From assembly GCF_009914755.1 (NCBI RefSeq), contig NC_060926.1: a DNA stretch of 64,000 bases; one strand, written 5' to 3'. Below are positions 1 through 15,719 of this stretch, in pieces. Origin of the DNA: the human T2T-CHM13v2.0 reference genome, Homo sapiens. Every line of letters begins with the position of its first letter. Positions within the stretch are counted from its first letter, which is position 1. The notes under the pieces were generated by a model. The model was not told where the DNA came from. It ran no database searches and worked only from the letters and a program-made list of their open reading frames with translations. The position numbers and the translations under genes were made by a program.

Positions 1-473
1 AAATTAAACTGATTTAATAATTTTTGGTTTAAAAGCTGCTCTATGTTTCCCCCCAACTTTACTACCATGTTTAAAACGTTAGCAAAATATATAGTTTAAG
101 CTAGTTTTTATTTTCATTAAAAAAATTCTAATTCTAATTTGAATTTCCTAAATTTCCTCCATTGGTTTTGCTAGTCCCTCCTTTAATATTATAAAATTGA
201 AATTTGTATGTTCCAGTAAATTGTATCATAATAGACAGTGTGTTTAGGAAAATAGATAAATTTATATAATGCTACAAAACATAAGATTTATCAAGAACTT
301 GAATGTAAAATCTTAAATTAATATTATTTTGTGTTAATTGATTAATAATCTTTGGATACTTGAGCACACGATTTCAATATATCTGTGCTACTATTTGATA
401 TATCATAGAGTAGCCTTCAATTAACAGGTTTAAAAGATGTGCAAATGCCTTTGGTTTGGTTAATATATGTATG

Positions 474-642
474 TTTTATTTATTTATTTATTTATTTGAG
501 ACAGGGTCTCACTCTGTTGCCCAGGCTAGAGTGGAGTGGCATGATCTTGGCTCATTACAACCTCCTCCTACCGAGCTCAAACGATCCTCCTGCCTCAGCC
601 TCCTGAGTAGCTGGGACCACAGGTGCATGCCAACATGCCCAG
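474..642 (-). mobile_element. Alu right-arm fragment (AluJ/FRAM-like)
   Basis: (TTTA)n tail then GAGACAGGGTCTCACTCTGTTGCCCAGGCT...CCAACATGCCCAGC; no left arm. Confidence 0.85.
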
Positions 643-807
643 CAATGGTACCTCACATTTCAATACTAACATTGAATGTAAATAGCCTAAATGCTCCACT
701 TAAAATATATAGAACCTCAGAATGGATAAGAACTCACCAACCATCTGCTGCCTTCAGGAGACTCACCTAGGACATAAGGACTCACATACACTTAAAGGGA
801 TGGAAAA

Positions 808-1317
808 ATGCATTTCATGCAAAGGGACACAAAAAAACAAGCAGGGGTAGCTATTCTTATGTCAGACAAAACAAACTTTAAAGCAACAGCAGTTAAGAGA
901 GACAAAGAGGGACATTACATAATGGTAAAAGGCCTTGTCCAACACGAAAATATCACAATCCTAAACATATATGCACCTAACAGTGGAGCTCCCAAATTTA
1001 TAAAGCAATTACTAATAGACCTAAGAAATGAGATAGACAGCAATACAATAATAATGGTGGACCTCAGTACTCTACTGAGAGCACTAGACAGGTTATCAAG
1101 ACAGAAAGTTAACAAAGCAACAATGAGTTTAAACTATACCTTGGAACAAATGGACTTAACAGATACATACGGAACAATTCATCCAACAATAATAGAATAC
1201 ACATTCCATTCAACAGTATATGAAACTTTTTCCAAGATAGACCACATGATAGGCCATAAAACAAGCATCAACAAATTTAAGAAAATTGAAATTATATCAA
1301 GTACCACAGTGGAATAA
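808..1317 (+). pseudogene. L1 ORF2 endonuclease-domain remnant
   Basis: AGVAILMSDK, NIYAPN and FSKIDH motifs; frameshifted at both ends. Confidence 0.88.
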
Positions 1318-1696
1318 AACTGGAAACCAACTCCAAAAGGAACCTTCAGAACCATGAAAATACATGGAAATTAAATAACCTGCTTCTGAATGAGCACTGG
1401 GTCAAAAACAAAATCAAGGTGGAAATTAAAAAATTCTTTGAACTGAATGACAATAATGACACAACCTGTCAAAACCTCTGGGATTTTGCCAAGGTGGTGC
1501 TAAGAGGAAAGTTCATAGCCCTAAATGCCTACATCAAAAAGACTGAAAGTGCACAAACTGACATTCTAAGGTCACACCTCAAGGAACTAGAGAAACAAGA
1601 ACAAACCAAACCCAAACCCAGCAGAAGAAAGGAAATAACCAAGATCAGAGCAGAACTAAATAAAATTAAAACACAACAAAATACGAAAGTTAAATG

Positions 1697-1992
1697 GGCC
1701 AGGCGCAGTGGCTCACGCCTGTAATCCCAGCACTTTGGGAGGCTGAGGCAGGCAGATCACCTGAGGTCGGGAGTTTGAGACCAGCCTGACCAAGGTGGAG
1801 AAACCCTGTCTCTACTACAAATACAAAATTAGCCGGGTGTGTTGGCGCATGCCTGTAATCTCAGCTACTTGGGAGGCTGAGGCAGGAGAATTGCTTCAAC
1901 CTGGGAGGCGGAGGTTGAGGTTAGCCGAGATTGCACCATTGCCCTCCAGCCTGGGCAATAAGAGTAAAACTCTGTCTCAAAAAAAAAAAAAA
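1697..1992 (+). mobile_element. AluS (Sp/Sq-like) inserted in L1
   Basis: GGCCAGGCGCAGTGGCTCACGCC...poly(A); degenerate TSD AAAG(T/A)TAAATG. Confidence 0.93.
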
Positions 1993-4910
1993 GATAAATG
2001 AAACAAAAAGTGGGTTCTTTGAAAAGATGAATATAATTGATGACCATTAGTAAGATTAACCAAGAAAAGAAGAGAGAAAATCCAAATAACCTCACTAAGA
2101 AATGAAACAGGAGATATTACAACCAACACCACTGAAATATAAAAGATCATTCATGGCTACTATGCACACCTTTACGTACGTGAACTAGAAAACCTAGAGG
2201 AGATGGATAAATTCCTGGAAAAATACAACCCTCCTAACTTAAATCAGGAATTAGATACCCTGAACAAACCAAGAACAAGCAGCAAGATTGAAATGGTCAT
2301 TAAAAAATGATATGGTCGTTTACCTTGAAAACCCTAAGGACTCCTCCAGAAAGCTCCAAGAACTTTCTAGCAAAGTTTCTAGATACAAGATTAAAGTACA
2401 CAAATCAGTAGCTCCTCTATACACCAACAGTGACCAAGTACAGAACCAAATCAAGAACTCAACCCCTTTTACAATAGCTACAAATAAAATAAAATACTTA
2501 GGAATATACCTAACCAAGGAGTTGAAAGACCTTTACAAGGAGAACTGCAAAACACTGCTGAAAGAAATCATAGACGACACAAACCAATGGAAACACATCC
2601 CGTGATCATGGATGGGTAGAATCAATATTGTGAAAATGGCCACACTGCCAAAAGCAATCTACAAATTCAATGTAATTCCCATAAAAATACCACCATCATT
2701 CTTCACAGCATTAGAAAAAAACAATTCTAGAATTCATATGGAACCAAAAAAGAGCCCACATAGCCAAAGCAAGACTAAGCAAAAAGGACAAATCTGGAGG
2801 CATCACACTACCTGATTTCAAACTATGCTATAAGGACATAGTCACCGAAACAGCATGGTACTGGTATAAAAATGGCACATAGACGAATGGAATAGAATAG
2901 AGAACCCAGAAGTAACCCAAATACTTACAGCCAACCAAACTGACTCTTGGGAAAAGCAAACAAAAACAAAAAGTGGAAAAAGGACACCCTTTTCAACAAA
3001 TGGTGCTGGGATAATTGGCAAGCCACATGTAGGAGAATGAAACTGGATTCTCATCTCTCACTTTATACAAAAATCAACCAAAGATGGATTAAGACTTAAA
3101 CCTAAGATCTGAAACTGTAAAAATTCTAGAAGATAACATTGGAAAAACCCTTCCAGACATTGGCTTACGCAAGGATTTCATGACCCAGAACTCAAAAGCA
3201 AATGCAATGAAACAAAGATAAGTAGCTGGGACCTAATTAAACTTAAGAGCTTTTGCACGGCAAAAGGAACAGTCAGCAGAGTAAACAGACAACCCACAAA
3301 GTGGGAGAAAATCTTCACAATCTACACATCTGACAAAGGACTAATATCTAAAATCTACAATGAACTCAAACAAATCAGTAAGAAAAAAACAATCCCATAA
3401 AAATTGGCTAAGGACATGAATAGATAATTCTTAAAAGAAGATATACAAATGGCCAACAAACATATGAAAAAATGCTCAACATCACTAACGATCAGGAAAA
3501 TGTAAATCAAAACTGCAATGCAATACCACCTTACTCCTGCAAGAATGGTCATAATCACAAAATCAATAAACAGTAGATGTTGGTGAGGATGTGGTAAACA
3601 GGGAACACTTCTGCACTTCTGGTGGGAATGTAAACTAGTACAGCCACTATGGAAAAACAGTGTGAAGATTCCTTAAAGAACTAAAAGTAGAACTACCATT
3701 TGATCCAGCAATCCCACTACTGGGTATCTACCCAGAGGAAAAGAAGTCATTATTTGAAAAAGATACTTGCACACGCATGTTTAGAGCAGCACAATTCACA
3801 ATAGCAAAATTGTGGAACCAACCCAAATACCCATCAACCAACAAGTGGATAAAGAAATTGTAGTATGTATATGATGGAATACTATGCAGCCATAAAAAGG
3901 AATGAATAAATGGCATTTGCAGTAACCTGGATGAGATTGGAAACTATTATCCTAAGTGAAGTAACTCAGGAATGGAAAACCAAATATTGTATGTTCTCAC
4001 TGATACGTGGGAGCTAGCTATGAGGACGCAAAACTGTAAGAATGATACAATGAACTTTGGGGGCTTGAGAGGAAGAGAGAGAGGAGGGCAAGGGATAAAA
4101 GACTACAAATAAAGTACAGTGTATACTGCTCGGGTGATGGATGCACCAAAATCTCACAAATCACCACTAAAGAATGTATTCATGTAACCAAATACCACCT
4201 GTACCCCAATGACTTCTGGAAAATAAATAAATAAATAAATATTTTTATAATAGCTCTTATCCCCTGAAATAACTTTGGGTTTCCTAAATGAATACAGGTA
4301 ACATAAAGATTTACTCCTTTACTTTATAAATGGAAGGATAACAGGAATAACTAGACTTGTTTGCCATTCTCTAAATTTTAATTAACTCCAGACTATTAGA
4401 GAGCTTCTTTCTTTACCAATTAGGATAAATTTCTTTTTAACTGACAAATTTAAAGAAAAGTTCAACATTTCCATGTCAATTATGTATAAATAAAATGTAT
4501 TACTATGAATATGTCTCAATTATTGTATGTTCTGTATGTTAAAGAAAACATGGTCATATAGATACATGTATAATCTATACAAAGATTTTTGTCTCCAGGT
4601 TTAATATGTAGTATCTGTAGCATATATTTTTGAATAAATTGAAGGCCTAGAGATTTATCACTGTCCTCACTACCTATATTATATTATCCCTAGGAAAATC
4701 ATTGACTAAATACCTACAAGTTAATTTTATGTGACGCCTCAATAGAGAATTTTACTTTTCTCCGATCTAATACTGTAGTTTAATATAATACATTGGCAAG
4801 ATATGTTTATTCTTTCCACCAAAAGATATGAATAGACTTTCATGCCTGCCACCTAATCAGCCTCCATATGATATTAACCAGATGATTAGAAACGTTTGAA
4901 AGATGATCAG

Positions 4911-5025
4911 GTGGCTCATGCCTGTAATCCCTGTGCTCAAGCACTTTAGGAGGCTGAGGCAGGAGTATCACTTGAGCCCAGGAGTTCAAGACCAACCTGT
5001 ACAATGTAGTGAAACCTCATCTCTT
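4911..5025 (+). mobile_element. Alu monomer (FLAM-like), interrupted at its 3' end by an L1
   Basis: GTGGCTCATGCCTGTAATCCC...GAAACCTCATCTCT; A-tail resumes at 6472; TSD GAAAGATGATCAG at 4898-4910 and 6480-6492. Confidence 0.85.
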
Positions 5026-6462
<1,437 letters not shown>

Positions 6463-7482
6463 TCATCTCTTAAAAAAAAGAAAGATGATCAGATAAAGAC
6501 TTCACTTAAACCTTATCAGAGGAGTCTTTTTCATAAACTATTAACAACTAACATAGCAGTAAGAACCCAATGATACATGTTTCCCAGAGAAGATATCATC
6601 CATTCTCCAACAGTAAAAATTTTAAAAACTGTACTTAATAGAAACATTAATCTGAGGGTCTCTATAGAGTCTCCTAAAGCAAATGGTCCACAGAATAGAA
6701 AGTGAATTCAAGATCCTTGGAACAAACAGATGACTGCATATGGTCAGGTTTGGTTCAAGACCATCCCCTCCCAGCAAAACCAGAGGCCAGAAGCTACTGG
6801 TCTTGTGCTTCTTCACACATTTTGTTCTTTATCCTCTAAGCCATCTTGTTTTCCCTTCCTGGTTCTGGTGTTTGAATTGTTAGTAGATACCTCTGTCCCT
6901 CACTCGTGCCAAGACCTATGTCCTATGTAATTTTCAGCTAGTGGATCACGTCTTCAGTCACTGACAAAGTTACACCACTCATAGCTGAACTAAAGATTAA
7001 AAAAAAAACTAGGTCATTTAAGAAATATCCAAATACTGTAGTTTGTGGGACACTTGGGGCATATTTCAATCATTGATTATAATCTTTGTATCAGTGTTTA
7101 TCTCCACGATAGCTGCCAAATGCATGAGCTCCAGTCTTAACTGCTGCTGCCTGCCCACTGTCATACTAGATGATTCAACAAATAACCATTCAACAAAAAT
7201 AACTAGAAGGTATAATGCTTATTGTCACCAAAACAACTACCTTACAAATGTTCAAATCTTTTTAATAGATTCAGGCATTATAAACACAGGTGCAAAACTA
7301 AATAGACTGTATTTCCCGAAGAAAGTGATTACAAGAAAATGAAAAATGGCCATACTAGCAGTTGGGCTGTGGCAGAAGTGGCAGAGATACTGAGAAGTGA
7401 AACAGAAGCTGTTACTTTCAAAGCTTCAAAACAGATAAACCGCACTGAACTAAAGTCATCTTGTACATCATACAGTTTTTAG

Positions 7483-7781
<299 letters not shown>

Positions 7782-7859
7782 TCTAGGCTCAAACTTTTTA
7801 AACAGGACCTACTCAGATCTGTATGTAATGAGAAAAGACCACAGACAAACTTATCTAAT

Positions 7860-8095
7860 AAACAGTAACTGCACAGGCTAATGTAGTTGAAGATCAGATA
7901 CTGTTCCGGCAATTTGCCTGGTCAAGGCCATCCTTTGACTAATCCAAACCTCCAAAAGTTGTAAGAACCATTCATTAACTCCTGGGCTGTTGAAATGCCA
8001 CAGAGATCCTCTGGAGTGCCTTCCCCCTTATGCACCAAGATAAACAAATGTTGACTTCAGGTGTGTCCCTGATGGTCTTTGCCTGGTAGGCTTTA
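7860..8095. mobile_element. Possible old LTR fragment
   Basis: Ends ...ATAAACAAATGTTGACTTCAGGTGTGTCCCTGATGGTCTTTG, resembling the 3' end of an old ERVL-type LTR; family not determined. Confidence 0.3.
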
Positions 8096-8164
8096 AAAAT
8101 CTTACAAAATTGGTATTATTTCTATTCCCATATTTCAGATTTTATTGAAAATATTATCTTATAG

Positions 8165-8373
8165 CAGCACTGTCCAAAAGAAATTTCTCTGATGATGGAA
8201 ATAGTCTATAATCTGCAGAGTCCTTCACAGTAGCTACTAGCTACATATGACCATTGAGTACTTGAAAATGGCTGGTATGACTGAGGAGCTGAAGTTTTCA
8301 TTTTGTTTAATTTTAACTAATGTAAATCTAAATAACAACATGTGAGTAGAGGCTGTAATATTGGACGGTGCAG
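8165..8373. mobile_element. MER3 (hAT-Charlie DNA transposon)
   Basis: CAGCACTGTCCAAAAG...ATATTGGACGGTGCAG inverted ends and the internal GTAGCTACTAGCTACAT motif. Confidence 0.8.
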
Positions 8374-8402
8374 TCTTAAGAGCATGTACCATTCCTGACC
8401 TT

Positions 8403-8523
8403 GGTTCAAGCAATTCTCCTGCCTCAGCCTCCGGAGTAGCTGGGATTACAGGTGTGTGCCACCACGCCTGGCTAATTTTTTGTATTTTTAGTAGAAACGG
8501 GGTTTCACCATGTTAGCCAGGCT
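8403..8523 (-). mobile_element. Internal Alu fragment (both ends missing)
   Basis: GGTTCAAGCAATTCTCCTGCC...CACCATGTTAGCCAGGCT. Confidence 0.88.
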
Positions 8524-9533
8524 CGGCAAAGCTGCTGTGGCCAGACTGCCTCTCTAGATTCCTCCTCTCTGGGCAGGGCATCTCTGAAAAAAAGGCGGCA
8601 GCCCCAGTCAGGAACTTATAGATAAAACCTCCGTCTCCTTGGGACAGAGCACTTGGGGGAAGGGGCGGCTGTGGGAGCAGCTTCAGCAGACAAACGTCCC
8701 TGCCTGACAGCTCTGAAGAAAGCAGCAGATCTCCCAGCACAGCACAGCATTCAAGCTCTGATAAGGGACAGACTGCCTCCTCAAGTGAGTTCCTGACCCC
8801 CGTGTATCCCGACTGGGAGACACCCTCCCGGTAGGGGTCTACAGACACCTCATACAGGAGAGCTCTGGCTGGCATCTGGCAGGAGCCCCTCTGGGATGAA
8901 GCTTCCAGAGGAAGAAACAGGCAGCAATACTTGCTGTTCTGCAGCCTCCGCTGGTGATACCTAGGCAAACGGGGTCTGGAGTGGACCTCCAGCAAACTCC
9001 AGCAGACCTGCAGCAGAGGGGCCTGACTGTTAGAAGGAAAACCAACAAACAGAAAGGAATAGTATCAACATCAACAAAAAGGACGTCCACTCAGAGACCC
9101 CATCAGAAGGTCACCAACATCAAAGACCAAATGTAGATAAATCCATGAAGATGGGGAGAAACCAGCGCAAAAAGTCTGAAAATTCCAAAAACCAGAAAGC
9201 CTCTTCTCCTCCAAAGGATCACAACTCCTCACCAGCAAGGGAACAAAACTGGACAGAGAATGAGTTTGACGAATTGACAGAAGTAGGCTTCAGAAGGTGG
9301 GCAATAACAAACTCCTCTGAGCTAAAGGAGCAGGTTCTAACCCAATGCAAGGAAGATAAGAACCTTGAAAAAAGGCTAGACGAATTGCTAACTAGAATAA
9401 CCAGTTCAGGGAAGAATATAAATGACCTGATGAAGCTGAAAAACACAGCATGAGAACTTAGTGAAGCATACACAAGTATCGATAGCTGAAACGATCAAGC
9501 GGAAGAAAGGATATCAGAGAATGAAGATCAACT
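8524..9533 (+). mobile_element. L1PA 5' UTR plus ORF1 N-terminus (L1PA7/8-like), 3' part absent
   Basis: 5' UTR motif GGAGTGGACCTCCAGCAAACTCCAGCAGACCTGCAG; ORF1 MGRNQRKK..EQNWTENEFDEL. Confidence 0.9.
9145..9453 (+). pseudogene. L1 ORF1p N-terminal/coiled-coil remnant with premature stop
   Basis: SSPPKDHNSSPAREQNWTENEFDELTEVGFRR matches L1 ORF1p. Confidence 0.88.
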
Positions 9534-9686
9534 TTGCCTCATTTTCTGATTGAACTAGCTCCAGCATCACTGAACAAAAATTAACAGGAGCATTCTTCTC
9601 TTTACTCATCAACCAAAGGTGTTATTCTGATTCAAGTGGGACAGAGTGCAAACGACACTGTTTGCGAATTCAGCCCCAGCATACTC

Positions 9687-10002
<316 letters not shown>

Positions 10003-10265
10003 CCCAGTGTACTCTTATTCTTGGAAATACCACGAAGATTCTGGCACATGGTGAACGCTTGACTTTATTATATTTTCCTTTGTAATGTGAATTTGCATAC
10101 TTAAGTGTCCTAGTGGGTATTTTAAATGGAGAGTTAGTAGACTGTGAGCCAAAGGCTGCTTAAGTTGGCACCTTCATAAACCAGAAGTCCCAATGTTGCT
10201 GGAATGTTGATTGCAATGCTTGATGGTATAGCAAGAATGTCTATTGCTGAGGTGAATTATTTTAG

Positions 10266-10420
10266 AGCATTGGTCCTCAATCTTGATTGCACATTAGAAC
10301 CACCTGAGGAGCTTTTAAAATTCCAAATGCCAGACCACATAATTCAGAATTTCTGAGGGTGGGACTCTGGCATTAATATATTTTACAGCACCCTAGATGA
10401 TTTCAATGGACAGCCAAAGA
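10266..10420. mobile_element. MER5-like hAT-Charlie fossil
   Basis: GGTCCTCAATCTTGATTGCACATTAGAACCACCTGAGGAGCTTTTAAAA...AGATGATTTCAATGGACAGCCAA. Confidence 0.65.
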
Positions 10421-11571
10421 CAACACTCATTTTTAATGAGTGGTTTAACACAACTAATGATTACATGCTAAAAATAGAATGAAATACTTCTAAGTTAAGT
10501 CAAAAGGATAGTAACAATAAGCCTTACTTAGTGACTTCCTGGCACTCTGCAGTATCTTCAGTCCCACAGCATTTCTATGAAGTAGACATTATTATTCTTA
10601 TTTGCCATTAGAAAAAACTGAGTAATTGATTAGGGATCTGAACTTTAAAACCCTTGCTTATTAAAAAATATATTAATATATTTTACTGCTTCCACAGAGT
10701 CAGCTGAATCACTGAAAAAGTCTTAATGCCATCAAGAATTAACATTCTGAACATTTATGGTATCTTATTTAGGACTTCTCTTTAAAGAAAATGGATTCAT
10801 TTTGACATACGTTAGAGGGCATTATCATTTATCAATGAAAAAAGTTCAATTTAATGTGCTCTCATTTTAAGCAGTATTTTGCTTTTCATGAATGAGTACT
10901 AATTACTGCAGATATGCATTGACAGTCAACTGGTTATTCTGTGTAAACGCCATTTTTAATTGATTTACCAAGCTTGTCCTTGTGTACCTTAGGTTAAAAA
11001 GAAAATATTTAAACCCTGAATAAAACTATAATATTGAATATATAAAGCTCAAGATTCTATATAGAATAAGGAAAATAGATATTAGGGAGAAAAGATAAAT
11101 GAAAACAGATAATTAGGCCGAGAATTGCCAGTAAGTGTCTGTGTACCGTAATAGAGTGCTCTGTGAAGTCATGCTAAACCTCTCTCTAGGTTGAGAGAAT
11201 CTCCTCTATTTTCTGACCATGAATTAAATCCAGCAAATACTTATTGAGTACTTTGACCAAGGCATAGCAAAGAGGAAATTATCCATCATGATCTTTTACA
11301 TTAAGTAAAACTAACTGCAAAGCTATTTCCCATTGTACCAGATGCAGCAACACCAGATATACTTGAAGGGCATTTTTTAATCTTGTATTTGTTTGAGAAA
11401 TTTGGCTGGGTCTTGCATCTTAGCTTTACATAGCAGATGCTACAGATCCTGAAATTGTCTCCACATTAGCCAAAATGCAGAGATTTTGAGGCCTGATGGG
11501 AGTTTGCATTTGTACATTGTCAATATCCTTGAATGTTTAAGCAGGTGTATCTATATAGCACAAAGCAAAAT

Positions 11572-11812
11572 ACAGTGGTTAAGAGTCCAGACTTCGGTGC
11601 CAAACTGCATGGAGTCAAACCAACTCTCTCAACTGTGACACTTTGGGAAAATTATTTAGAATTCCTTGTACCTGAGTATTTTCATCTGCTAAATGGCAAT
11701 GATGAAAATAATAGCACCCACCTGATAGGGCTGCAGTGATGTTTAAGTAATTTACATACATACATATTACTTAGACCAGATCCTGGTACAAAGCAAGCTT
11801 TTGCTATCATTA
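11572..11812 (+). mobile_element. MIR
   Basis: CAGTGGTTAAGAGTCCAGACT...TTTTCATCTGCTAAATGG core...CCTGGTACAAAG. Confidence 0.75.
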
Positions 11813-13139
11813 TACTCTAGGCTTATACTTTGAAGGACCTCAGGTAGTTGCTTTTTACACAAGAGTTTAGAAAAAGAATGTGATCATTAATTTGCAATAC
11901 ATCATATCAATCATCATGTTACTAAAGGACTGTTGATCTAATACCTATGTGGTAATAAAAGGCTGTAAGCCTTTACTCTCTTATGCAAAGAACACACAGA
12001 GTGTTGACAAAATCAGAAGGCATCTTAGAAGGCATTTTTTCTTCTCTACTTAGGGCAGCTGATCTCATTCATCTAAGGTGGTTTGATGTACCTGTACAGA
12101 AGACATGGAACTTAACTCATCTGTGTACCTGAGTATTAGTCCTTGAAAGAAAACTCAAGAAGCAAGTTACAGGCTATGGAAAGGACAGAAATGCTTGGCA
12201 GTATGGAAGATTGAGGCATTTATGAGCAGCTTTATTTGATAATGAGCCCTTTAGAGTATACCCATTAGGAATTTGAAGAATTGTTATTTATTACAAAAAA
12301 GACTTAAGCAACCTGCTTTTCCTTTAAATCATACAACTGTACATTTGTATAAAACTTCATATTTTTTAAAGTAGGAGATCCATTGGCATCATAATCCTTC
12401 CTAGCTCTTTCTGAATTTTGATCATCATCTTCCCTGCTCTAGAGAAGTTCTAGAAAAAATAATATAATGAAGAGAAGGATAAAATGACAACTCCCTGTAA
12501 AAATATAAAATAAATCTTAGGATTACATAAAAATCTATGGAAACCTAAAAAAGCAAAATCTTCATCCACAGAGTATTAACGAACTTGACCACATTTTTCT
12601 GGGATTAAAATTTGATTATTCATGTCCCGAAGAGTTTCTCAGGTAAACAGAATTCTGGTTTTCCATTGTTGTGGGAAACCTAGAACCGGCAAAAATTATG
12701 TCTTTCATTTTATGAACTTTTTTTTGCAATTGAGTCAACTGGTCTGATATACAAATTCCTTCATGGAGGGCTAGATCATGATATATTATGAATTATAAAT
12801 TGATGGGAAAAGATCTGTGGGGCTGCCTAGAGATGAGTTTCTGAAGGTGTGAGGCTTAACGTTTGCTATTTAGCACAAAACTTCAAAAGTTGGCATTTCC
12901 TTACTGTGTTACTCTGGTGAAGATTTTTTTTTCATTCTACATATCAATATTTAAAATACATAAATTAACATGTTGCTGTGTTTGAAGTTTTATAAGATCT
13001 CTCTTTGGAAAATGCTTTAATTGTTCAAATTTAGATTGTGGCTTTCTTAAGATCATAAATAGGGTATCATTGTCTAGTTTGGGTTTCTCTTGGCCACTGT
13101 GATGGCTTTTTACTTGTTTCTTTGCCGTGGACTCTCATT

Positions 13140-14120
13140 CCATGCCATCTTCCACTCTACTGTCAGAATTCTGAAGGATAGATTTAGTCACATCACTGTT
13201 TTAAGAATATCTATTGTCTCCATATAGGCCTGTCGGATGAAGTCCAAATTCCTTAGGGAGATATACAAGGCTCTTCCCTCATTCTGGCTCCAACTTCCCT
13301 TTTAATCTGAGCTCCTCCCACTCGTCACCAGGAAGTCTTCTATAATACTTTGTTCCATGAGAACAAGAATCATGGCTGTTATGTTCGCTATTCTAGCCCA
13401 GTGACCAACAGGCTTGGAAGTGGCCAGGCATGTAACACGAAGGAGAGAAGATAGCAAGGTGGAGACTGGGGTGAACTGGCAAGCACATACTTCTTTCAGA
13501 GAGGGAGGGGGCATGGGAGCTGCTACTCAGCTCCAGTCATTTGTTGCCATGTGGGAATGTGGGCCCAGTGTTGCCAGATCTTCTAATTTTTTTTTTCAAG
13601 AGAAGCCAGAAATCTGGAATTTTATGAGAAATCTTCCAATTTTTAAATCTTGGCAACTAATTCAAAATATTTTTAAAACACTGTATGGGCCAAAAAAAAA
13701 AAAAAAAAAAGTCTGCCAACCAAATTGAATGGGACACCAGACTGTGACCCCTGTGGTAAGAGCCAGAAAGTGTTTGTTATCTACCTAGCCTTGTGTTCCA
13801 CCCACACGAAACTTCCTGTTGTTCCCCAAACACACCATGTACTTTGTGCATCTCTTCAGCATTGGCCTTGCTGCCAGGGATGCTATTCTCATTTTCCACA
13901 TAGAAACTCCTACTCATCCTTCAGGACTTAGCCAAATGTCACCTTCCTCAGTGAGGCTCATCTTCCCTGAGGAGATTGGTCAGTGCTCTGCCCAGACTCT
14001 GCTATAACATGCACCATATATATGGCGGTCCAGAAGAAGCTCTCTTATGACTCTTCTCTGGCATCCAACACAGGGTCTGGCACATAGTAGGCTCTCACTA
14101 AATGTTTGTTGAATGGATGT
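13140..14120 (+). mobile_element. L2 3' remnant, interrupted by MER102
   Basis: 3' end GGTCTGGCACATAGTAGGCTCTCACTAAATGTTTGTTGAATGGATG; AAGTCCAAATTCCTTAG motif upstream. Confidence 0.65.
13410..13753 (+). mobile_element. MER102-like hAT-Charlie element
   Basis: GCTACTCAGCTCCAG..GGGCCCAGTGTTGCCAGATCTTC..CAAGAGAAGCCAGAAATC..GTGACCCCTG. Confidence 0.75.
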
Positions 14121-15719
14121 GTTCCCATCAGAATGAATATATGAGATTTCCTGAGGAAATAAACACTTTTCATTTCCTCCCATCTTTGCCATGTTGATTT
14201 CAATGTGGTAGGCAAATCCATCTGTGGATGTTGGTGTCCTTTTTCAGTTCTACGCTGCGTGCAGACTGTACTCTTTTTGGAGCTCTCCACCGTTACACAC
14301 TCATTGGCTTAGGGTTAAGCGTATCTAGGCAGATGGCTATATAACTATTTGTCTTAAATTGTCTAAACGATTCAGACAGGTTTTCGAAAGTATAAGGTGT
14401 AGAAGAGTTGTCTCTTCAATGATCTGGGAGTCAGTTTTATAGAAATAAAATTATTACATTTCAGGTCAGGTATTCCCCATTAAAAGAATATATCCTTTTT
14501 TTTCTAGTTTTGGGAGCTTACCTTCTTTGTGACAATGCATTTCTTAAAACTGTTTTGGATTCCTGCTTGATGTATATTATGAGAATAATTCCAGCTTAAA
14601 TGATTTCATATGGAAAATGAAAGCCACTCCAATCCATCCCTACCTCTGTTAAAGTAAAACCATAAGGGCTTCTAATTCCTAATTTCCTGTATACACCCCA
14701 TATTTCCCAAGAAACAAGCCCATCCACATAATTTGACCACATATTCACCCACACAAAAAAGCCCACAGATTCCATACACATACATGCATATAAACAGAAG
14801 AAATATTGTAAGCAATTTGCATATAATCATTCCATCTACACAATAGTATTCAAAGTGGACTTCCTCCTCTGGGAAGTTATACGACAATACATTAAGTAAG
14901 AAATTTTCTCTTTCTTATGTCCATATATCCATATACTCCTCTATTTTATTTTTCTAAAAATTTCTACATTTTTTAGGATTCAGACAAAACTTGTCTGAAA
15001 ATGTGAGAGGGTTTTTGAACAAAGGGCAAAATGGTTTCGTAAAGTTACCAACAAAAATTTACTCTGTTATTCAGAAGCTCACTAATTAGCTGAATCAAAT
15101 AAGATCTGAAAGAAGTTCCCACCCACCCATTATCACTATATTTCCTATAAAATTTTAAAGAAAATTGCCTTCTTTACTAAGATGTTTCCAATTTGACAAG
15201 ATCCAAAGAATGACTAAAAGGTATAAAATAGAAAACTCCAAATAGCCAAAAAAGAAAAGGATAGAGCTTTCAAATGATTTCTTTTCCAAGTCAACGAGAC
15301 ATATCATTTTGCATGATGACTGATGGTAGATTATTGTAATACGAAGTTTACTCTGCCTGATTATGGAGCAGTATTCGTTCTTTCCCCTACAATATTTTCT
15401 CCTAAAATACACCACTAATGGGATTACTCAATTAGGACCTTGAGAACTCCAGAAAAAAGTCGGGGTAACACACAATGCTATGCTTGGCAGTGAAGCTGAA
15501 CCACAATCCCAATCCCCTGCCCCTAGCCTCACACGCAAGGCTCCAGAGGCTAAAAATATGCCAGGTCATCAAAGTGTCGCTGATTAACTTAAATGGCCTT
15601 CTTCAACAGTGAAAATGAATGAGAAATTGGAAGCACTAGACACTGAACTTGAAGGTCATAGCTTCCAATTTGAGCCTCCAAATTGGAAGACCTTGGTCAC
15701 TGGTCAGCATAAGCATAAT

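Larger units (their letters stand above)
643..4240 (+). mobile_element. LINE-1 (L1PB-like), ORF2 start to 3' UTR; decayed, with an Alu insertion and an internal RT deletion
   Basis: Translations HISILTLNVN, DKEGHYIMVKG, NIYAPN, SKIDH (endonuclease) and ORF2 C-terminal fragments; 3' UTR ends in (AAAT)n at ~4222-4240. Confidence 0.93.

Noticed and set aside
8513-9090. Antisense ORFs in the L1 5' UTR as ORF0-like
   Set aside because: They do not resemble ORF0 as I recall it, and one runs into the Alu fragment.
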